From: Eledone cirrhosa
Lineage: Eukaryota
NCBI GenBank assembly: GCA_964016885.1
Contig: OZ024760.1
Coordinates: 2,914,001 to 2,978,000, forward strand
DNA length: 64,000 nucleotides
Direction: 5' to 3'
The position numbers and the translations under genes were made by a program. The notes beneath the pieces are model-generated. The model was not told the DNA's origin. It saw only the letters and a list, made by a program, of their open reading frames with translations, and did no database searches. Numbering within the stretch: the stretch's first letter is position 1; every line of letters starts with the position of its first letter. Positions 55,629-64,000 of this stretch are shown here, piece after piece.

Positions 55629-55659
<31 letters not shown>

Positions 55660-55834
55660 GTAATAAATGTTTCTACTTTTGGCACAAGGCCAGCAATTAT
55701 CCCAGTACATTACTGGTACTTTATTTTATTGACCCCGTAAGGATGAAAGGCAAAGTTAACCTCGGCGGGATTTGAACTATATATATAGTAATAATAATAA
55801 ATGTGAAGACTCAAATCCAAAGAGGGCTGTTATT

Positions 55835-55845
55835 TTAATAAATTA

Positions 55846-55883
<38 letters not shown>

Positions 55884-55890
55884 GTATGTG

Positions 55891-55923
<33 letters not shown>

Positions 55924-56306
55924 GTGTGTATATGTAAGTATATGTGTATGTATATACATGTATGTATATATAGGTAGGTGTGTGTATCTTATCTGTATAT
56001 ATGTATAATATATAAGTATGTCTGTGTATATATATATATATATATATATAAAAATGGCGTAGGATAGAAGAAAGGAAAGGCACAGAAACGAAGAAAGAAA
56101 TCCCCAGTCACTGAAGAGGTCACAGAGTGTGTGACGAAAGAACTATGACTATATATATATATAAACAACTATCTGGTTGTGGAACCAACCAACCAACCAG
56201 AAATTTATAAATTTGTAAATTTATAAATATATATTAAATTAAATTGAAGTGAAAGCAACTGGTGCGTGTGTTTCTTATTGGCAACATGACCCTCCCAAAG
56301 TATAAC

Positions 56307-56337
<31 letters not shown>

Positions 56338-56496
56338 GCATATATATGTATATATGTATATATATATATGTATGTATATATATATATGTATGAGTATATA
56401 TATATATATGTGTATATATATATGTGTATATATATATATGTGTATATATATATATATATATATGTGTATATATATATATATATGTGTATATATATA

Positions 56497-56528
<32 letters not shown>

Positions 56529-56649
56529 CATGAATATTATATATATATATATGTGTGTATATGTAAGTATATGTGTATGTATATACATGTATGTATATAT
56601 AGGTAGGTGTGTGTATCTTATCTGTATATATGTATAATATATAAGTATG

Positions 56650-56688
<39 letters not shown>

Positions 56689-56947
56689 GCATATATATGT
56701 ATATATGTATATATATATATGTATGTATATATATATGTATGGGTATATATATATATATGTGTATATATATATGTGTATATATATATATATGTGTATATAT
56801 ATATATATGTGTATATATATATATATATGTGTATATATATATATATATATGTGTGTATATGTAAGTATATGTGTATGTATATACATGTATGTATATATAG
56901 GTAGGTGTGTGTATCTTATCTGTATATATGTATAATATATAAGTATG

Positions 56948-57032
<85 letters not shown>

Positions 57033-57285
57033 GTATGTATATATATGTATGTGTATATATATATATGTGTATGTATATATATGTATGTGTATATATATAT
57101 ATATATGTGTATGTATATATATGTATGTGTATATATATATATGCATGAATATTATATATATATATGTGTGTATATGTAAGTATATTTGTATGTATATACA
57201 TGTATGTATATATAGGTAGGTGTGTGTATCTTATCTGTATATATGTATAATATATAAGTATGTCTGTGTATATATATATATATAA
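55835..57285. repeat. (TA)/(TATG) compound array with ~300-bp internal duplications
   Basis: taggtaggtgtgtgtatcttatctgtatat recurs four times. Confidence 0.9.
56106..56150 (+). ncRNA. Hammerhead-like relic next to (TA)n
   Basis: AGTCA-CUGAAGA-g-gtcaca gagtg tgtgac-GAAA-gaac-UA-TGACT; stem III very short. Confidence 0.5.
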
Positions 57286-57419
57286 CAGAGTGTTGTCTGT
57301 TTGAAGCATTGTATATATTATATAATGTAGAAAGTTATATAAGGCTACCGTAAGATGAAGGTAACGAGAAGGTAAGTTACCTGGTAATATTTGTCTTCTT
57401 CTTTTGTTGTTGCTGTTGT

Positions 57420-57474
57420 TTCCTTCGTCCTAATATTTCGGGATTTAAAATTCCCTTCTTCAGAGGATGAGGAA
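57420..57474 (-). ncRNA. Hammerhead-like relic
   Basis: Minus: TCATCCT-CUGAAGA-a-GGGA attttaaa TCCC-GAAA-tatt-AGGACGA. Confidence 0.45.
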
Positions 57475-57509
57475 CTCTCAGAGAAAAATGTTCTGGTTTA
57501 TTCTCTTAA

Positions 57510-58380
57510 CCCTTTTAACTGGCCAGAATTCTCGACTTTATTCTGTTCAAACTGGCTGTAACTGGTCGCTCAAACTGATGTTGAAGTATTGTTCTCAAAA
57601 TAAATACTTTCAAAATCTCATAGATTCGATATTATGTGAGGTAAAGCCGTTTCCATGAAAATATAATATTATATATAGAGTAATGTGAATGTTATGTGAG
57701 ATATTATGTGAGGTAAAGCCTTCACCATGAAAATATAATAGTATATATAGAGTAATGTGAATGTTATGTGAGGTAAAGGCTTCACCAAGAAAATATAATA
57801 GTATATATAGAGTAATGTAAATGTTATGCGAGATATTATGTGAGGTAAAGGCTTCACCATGAAAATATAATAGTATATAGAGAGTAATGTAAATGTTATG
57901 TGAGATATTATGTGAGGTAAAGCCTTTACCAAGAAAATATAATAGTATCTATAGAGTAATGTGAATGTTATGTGAGATATTATGTGAGGTAAAGCCTTCA
58001 CCATGAAAATATAATAGTATATATAGAGTAATGTAAATGTTATGCGAGATATTATGTGAGGTAAAGGCTTCACCATGAAAATATAATAGTATATATAGAG
58101 TAATGTGAATGTTATGTGAGATATTATGTGAGGTAAAGCCTTCACCATGAAAATACAATAGTATATATAGAGTAATGTGAATGTTATGTGACATAATTAT
58201 GTGAGGTAAAGCCTTTACCATGAAAATATAATAGTATATATAGAGTAATGTGAGTGTTATGTGACATAATTATGTGAGGTAAAGCCTTTACCATGAAAAT
58301 ATAATAGTATATATAGAGTAATGTGAATGTTTTGCCATGTAATATAATAGTATATAGAGAGTAATGTGAATACTAAAGGG
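57510..58380 (+). mobile_element. piggyBac-type MITE expanded by an internal ~72-bp tandem repeat (~10 copies)
   Basis: TTAA|CCCTTT...AAAGGG|TTAA; the internal unit is a segment present once or twice in other copies. Confidence 0.82.
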
Positions 58381-59454
58381 TTAAACTTTATAAACCGTTT
58401 TCCAGTGTTTGATGTTACTTTGTTATTCACGAGAAGAATAACATCAATTGCCGATGTAGTATTTCATGGAATCAATTTTCTTCTTTTTTTTTTTTTGTAT
58501 GAGATGTTGTTTAGGTTGCGGGTGTGATGCGTGTTGGTGTGTCCCTTTAATGTCAAGTATTGTGTGCTGAGTTGTAATCTGTTATTGTTTTTTTTTTAAA
58601 TATGAATAAACATTTGAACCTTTAGAATGCTGAATTTTTTAATGAATTGCTTCCCTTGACATTGTATTATGTATTAAGAGGAGATCACTATATCAGCGAC
58701 TTATGTCGCCGACAGCGCAAAGAGGGTTAAAAGGAGCAATTTTGTATCATAAATCTAGGTTGGTTTCAGGTGTCTTAATATGAAAAGGGTTAAAGTTGTG
58801 TAATCTATTTTTGATTTTTGATTTTTGTAATTATTTTATTCAGTGGTTTTAATCTAAAATGTAGTTGATGAGAGTAATTTGGTTCCTATTTCTAGCAGAT
58901 CAAGCTATATCCAGAATCTCTCTCTCTCACACACACAGACACACACTTTTTCTCTCTCTCTCTCTCTCACACAGTTTTTCTCACACACTCTCTCTCACTC
59001 TTACTCTCTTTCCCTCACACACACTCACACACTCTCTCACACACACACCCTCTCTCTCACACACACTCCCCCTCTCTCTGTTTCTGGCAGGTCACATCTA
59101 GATAAAGTTTAGTTGCTATGTAGTGAGGTGTCAATAATTATATAGAAATGAAGTGTATTTTATTGTAAATTCATTTATTACACATTAATTTGTTGGCATA
59201 TTGGGTGGATGATGCCAAAAATCAATACAATAATGACAGATCAGATCATTAAATTTGCAGCATCTTGATTGGTTTTGCACCACAGCTCTTCTATTCTCTA
59301 TAACACGATATATAACTTTGAACTGGCGTTATTTATTGCACCTTGTCACTTATATAACTTTCACAGAAAAATCTATTTTAAAAAATGGGGTTTATTAATT
59401 TAAACATTTATAATGTCTTTATTGCTGGACAGATTGTTGTGTAAATTTGCAGGC

Positions 59455-59946
59455 AGATTGGCAGTATCGGTAAAGCTTCAGACACCATGCTTTGCAGCAT
59501 AGAGTTATGACCCTTTATGTTCTGAATTCAAATACTGCCAAGCTTTGCCTTTCATCCTTATGTATAAAACAATTAAGATAACTGTTTCTTCTTTTATCAC
59601 CCACAAGGCCATCAATTACCCCAGTGCATTACTGGTACTTTATTTTATCAACCCCGTGAGGATGAAAGGCAAAGTTAACCTCGGCAGGATTTGAACTCAG
59701 ACCGTAAAGGACCGTAACTCTATGCTGCAAAGCATGGTGTCCGACTCTCTACCGATACTGCCAATCCACTGCCCTTTGAAACAATTAAAATAATTGTTTC
59801 TACTTTAGGCACAAGGCCAGCAATTACCCAGTGCATTACTGGTACTTTATTTTATCGACCCCGTAAGGATGAAAGGTAAAGTCAGATCGTAAAGGGACGT
59901 AACTATGCTGGAAAGCATGGTGTCCGACCCTCTACCGATACTGCCA
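59455..59946. mobile_element. Cluster of three SINE B copies
   Basis: Family consensus matches, mixed orientation. Confidence 0.75.
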
Positions 59947-60489
59947 AAAATAATGACTTTGTTTTTAACTCTTAACATCTTATAATGGTTTAGCAGAAAA
60001 AATATCTATTTAAAAAATTAGGTTTATTAATTCAAATGTTTACAGTATTTTTATTACTGGACAGATTGTTGTGAAAATTTGCAGTATTAAAATAAAGACT
60101 TAAATGTTTAATGCTTAACATCCTGTAATGATTATACAGAAAATATCTTTAAAAAATGAATTGGGTTTGTTAACTTAAATATTTATAGTGTCTTTATTGC
60201 TGGACAAATTGTTGCAAAAATTTACAGTTTGGTAGTTAAAACTTTATTTTTTAACTCTTAACATCCTGTAATGGTTTTGCTGAAAATATATTTTTTAAAA
60301 ATGAGTTTGCTAATTTATATATTTATAGTGTCTTTATTACTGGACAGATCGTTGCGAAAATTTAGTAAAGACTTTATTTTTTAATCCTTAATATCTTGTA
60401 ATGAGTTTTCAGGAAAATATCTAAAAACAATGGGTTTGTTAATTCAGATATTTATAGTGTCTTTATTACAAGTAGTATAAATCTTAATA

Positions 60490-60786
60490 GGCAGCAAATT
60501 GGCAGAGTTAGAACATCAGATAGAATATTTTATGGTATTTATTCTGACTCTCTGCTCTCTGAGTTCAAATCCCTCCAAGGTCAACTTTGCCTCTCATCCT
60601 TTTGAAGTCGATAAAAAAAGTACCAGTCTAGTACTGGGGTCAATTCTTTCTCTCTCTGGAAGATATCTGCTCTACTCAGGCCTGGAGAGGGATGGGCTCC
60701 GCCAGGATTAAAATGCCCAAGAAAAGCTGTATGTCAATATGGCGCCCATGTGTCTCTATCAGGAGTTATGGGACCATACATACATA
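60490..60786 (+). mobile_element. Long-form SINE B with extended 3' region ending ggac(CATA)n
   Basis: The extension is also seen (minus) at ~25480-25650 and ~7636-7770. Confidence 0.65.
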
Positions 60787-60895
60787 ATTCTTAAAGCAAC
60801 AAAAATGTGAGGACCTCCAGAGGTTGACTGATAAGAATGGACTGTCTTGTGTTTTGTCTGTTTTTCTGTTGTCGTCACCCACCTTCTTTTGAATA

Positions 60896-61219
60896 AGTGG
60901 TTAGAGCATTGGCCTTGCAATCAAAAGGTTGTGAGTTCAATTCTCAGACCGGGTGATGTGTTGTTTCCTTGAGCAAGACACTTTATTTCACATTGCTCCA
61001 GTTTACTCAGCTGTAGCAATGAGATGATAGGGACTGGGGTCCCTATCATTCCACTGGTTGTGGAGGTGCCATGGCAAAAAAGCACCCAGCACTCACTGTA
61101 AATGAGGTTGGTGTTAGGAAGGGCATCCAGCTGTAGAAATCAAGCCAGAATCAGTTCCCGTCCCACCCTTGCAAGCAGGGAAAAGCGGACATAAAATGAA
61201 ATGATGAAAATGAAATGAT

Positions 61220-61221
<2 letters not shown>
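60896..61221 (+). mobile_element. SINE family A copy (5' clipped)
   Basis: Family consensus match. Confidence 0.85.
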
Positions 61222-61300
<79 letters not shown>

Positions 61301-61693
61301 ATGTATATGTATACACACACTCACACTGTTCCTAATAATTCATATTAGTAAAATGTCACATCCAGTTTCATAAATATCAATTTTCAACCCAAAGGGGAAT
61401 AACATGAAGGCATTCATTTATTAATTTTAAATCGAAATTGAGGTAAATTCATTTTTTAATGTCAACACACACACATATATACTTTGCACACATATTACAT
61501 CTCTCTATATATATATTATATATATATATTATATATATATATATATATATTATATATAATATTAAGGATACTATTTATAGTTATATATATTTTAAACCAT
61601 AAACAGGGAAGGTCAGTAATTTATTACTACCTTATTACCAGTAAGATAAATAGCTCAATGTAATAACATCAGTTGTTCTACAGAGCAGTTATT

Positions 61694-61793
61694 TAGAATT
61701 CACAAGAATCAAAGCTATGTTCAAAGCTTTTATTCACTTACAATTGTAAGTGAATAAATGCTTTGAACATAGCTTTGATTCTTGTGAATTCTA
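61694..61793. repeat. 100-bp near-perfect palindrome
   Basis: Centred on CAATTG at 61741-61746; one mismatch. Confidence 0.9.
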
Positions 61794-61852
61794 TATATTA
61801 TATATATATATAGTAATAATAATAATAAATTTGAAGACTAAAATCCAAAGAG

Positions 61853-62074
61853 GGCTCGGTAAGGATAAATATATATCAAATATATAAGAACCCTAGAGCA
61901 AATATTTATTAAAATAACAGATTACAGTTTAAGCAAAGAATTGCTGCTTTCACCCTTCAGAAGATTCCCTTAAGGGTAAAAGAAGCGATTTTGCTTAAAC
62001 TTTAATCTGTTATTCTAATAAATATTTGCTCTAGGGTTCTTATATATTTGATATATATTTATCCTTACCGAGCC
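61853..62074. repeat. ~220-bp inverted-repeat hairpin of a dispersed element
   Basis: ggctcggtaaggataaat...atttatccttaccgagcc; related sequence at ~48905-49045 and ~55785-55840. Confidence 0.85.
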
Positions 62075-62147
62075 TATCCTGGGATAACTTGAACCGTTAA
62101 GGAATATTATCCTTGGTTATGTCAACATTTATAAAACACACTTCGTA

Positions 62148-62210
62148 TTTTATCTGATGATAGCATACCAAAGTTTTATTTGGTACCCTTGAAATATATA
62201 TAATAGAATA
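62148..62210 (+). ncRNA. Minimal hammerhead-like motif (degenerate stem II)
   Basis: tat-CUGAUGA-tagcatacca..tggtaccctt-GAAA-tatata-UA-ata; same family as 32853-32914. Confidence 0.5.
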
Positions 62211-62699
62211 AATATGGTTTTATAAATATAGTTTCCATTTATTTAATATCATTATATATATATTATATATATTTAGTAATATTGTTGTGGTCGTGTTTTC
62301 GTTGGCAATCGTCTGTTTACGACAGTACAGCGCGGCTCTACTTTATTTAACGGAGATAAAACTTATATGAGCATGAACAGTAGATCATTACGCATCTTTT
62401 GGCTTAAAAATCTAGAAATTTGGTCCAGCGGGAAAAAGTTTATAATCAAAGTTTGCTGATAAATCTTGTGTTCAAGTGAGTGAGTAGTAAGCGTGACGCT
62501 AGGGGAGGTAATCCAGAAATGACGAATTTTTTTCGGCGGAATATATATATAGTTATACTTTGGGAGGGTCATGCTGCCAATAAAAACACATGCACCTGTT
62601 GATTTTCACTTCAATTTATTATAAATTTCCGCTTGGTTGGATAACTGGGAGGTTGTTTATAGATTGTCAGAGCTCTTTCATCACATATTCTATGTGACA

Positions 62700-64000
62700 C
62701 CATGTACACACACATACACATCAACATGTATACAGGCACCAACACACCAACACACACACACATACACATCAACATGTATACAGGCACCAACACACACCAA
62801 TACACATACACACACTCACATCAACATATATACAGGCATCAACACACACACATACACATCATGTATTCAGGCACCAACACACCAACACACACACACACAC
62901 TCACATCAACATATATACAGCAATCAACACACACACATACACATCAACATGTATACAGGCACCAACACACCAACACACACACACACTCACATCAACATAT
63001 ATACAGGCATCAACACACACACATACACATCAACATGTATACAGGCACCAACACACCAACACACACCAATACACATACACACACTCACATCAACATATAT
63101 ACAGGCACCAACACACACAGAACACACACACAGAGATATCAACACACACACTCACATCAACATATATACAGGCACCAACACACATTAACACACATACACC
63201 ATCACACATTAACACACATCCACATATACCATCACGCATTAACACACACCATCACACACCAACACACACATACCATTCATTACATATCATCACACATTAA
63301 CACATAAACATACACTCCAACACACACCATCACACACTAACACATAAACATACACTCCAACACACACATCACACATTAACACATAAACATACACTCCAAC
63401 ACACACCATCACACATTAACACATAAACATACACTCCAACACACACCATCACACACTAACACATAAACATACACTCCAACACACAACATCACACACTAAC
63501 ACGTAAACATAACACTCCAACACACAACATCACACACTAACACGTAAACATACACCATCATACATTAACACACATACACATCAACACACATACACATAAA
63601 CATACACTCCAACACACACCATCACACATTAACACATAAACATACACTCCAACACATACCATCACACATTAACACATAAACATACACTCCAACACACACC
63701 ATCACACATTAATACATAAACATACACTCCAACACACACCATCACACATTAACACATAAACATACACTCCAACACACAACATCACACACTAACACGTAAA
63801 CATAACACTCCAACACACAACATCACACACTAACACGTAAACATACACCATCATACATTAACACACATACACATCAACACACATACACATAAACATACAC
63901 TCCAACACACAACATCACACATTAACACATAAACATACACTCCAACACATACCATCACACATTAACACATAAACATAACACTCCAACACACAACATCACA
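62700..64000. repeat. CA-rich compound minisatellite running off the window end
   Basis: Direct reading. Confidence 0.92.

Noticed and set aside
53383-64000. Next ENPP exon (expected ...VD..G.L...DHG region)
   Set aside because: No convincing match found; it probably lies beyond the window.

Overview
Eukaryotic, AT-rich, repeat-dominated DNA, most likely a coleoid cephalopod (octopus-like); this is inferred from the SINE families and microsatellite landscape. The window is almost entirely intronic. Five small GT-AG exons (10961-11132, 20928-21050, 25978-26053, 28441-28474, 53244-53382) splice in frame into 181 codons of an ENPP/nucleotide pyrophosphatase-phosphodiesterase domain. The frame is intact, but all three zinc ligands visible here are substituted, suggesting a pseudoenzyme. 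The introns hold: a truncated CR1-type LINE; RTE, CRE-like and L1/Tx1-like LINE fragments; a Penelope-like element (PLE) with ~1 kb inverted pseudo-LTRs, each ending in a hammerhead ribozyme with a U3-A8 core; at least seven further hammerhead-like motifs, mostly in or near (TA)n tracts; and a near full-length R4/Dong-type restriction-like-endonuclease (RLE) retrotransposon. That retrotransposon and a 302-bp non-coding element sit at the same register in a ~6 kb (CATA)n-GTGG/GTGA satellite. There are also TTAA-flanked piggyBac-type MITEs, several SINE families, and many minisatellites amplified from transposon fragments. The long ORFs in the supplied track are mostly simple-repeat artefacts.
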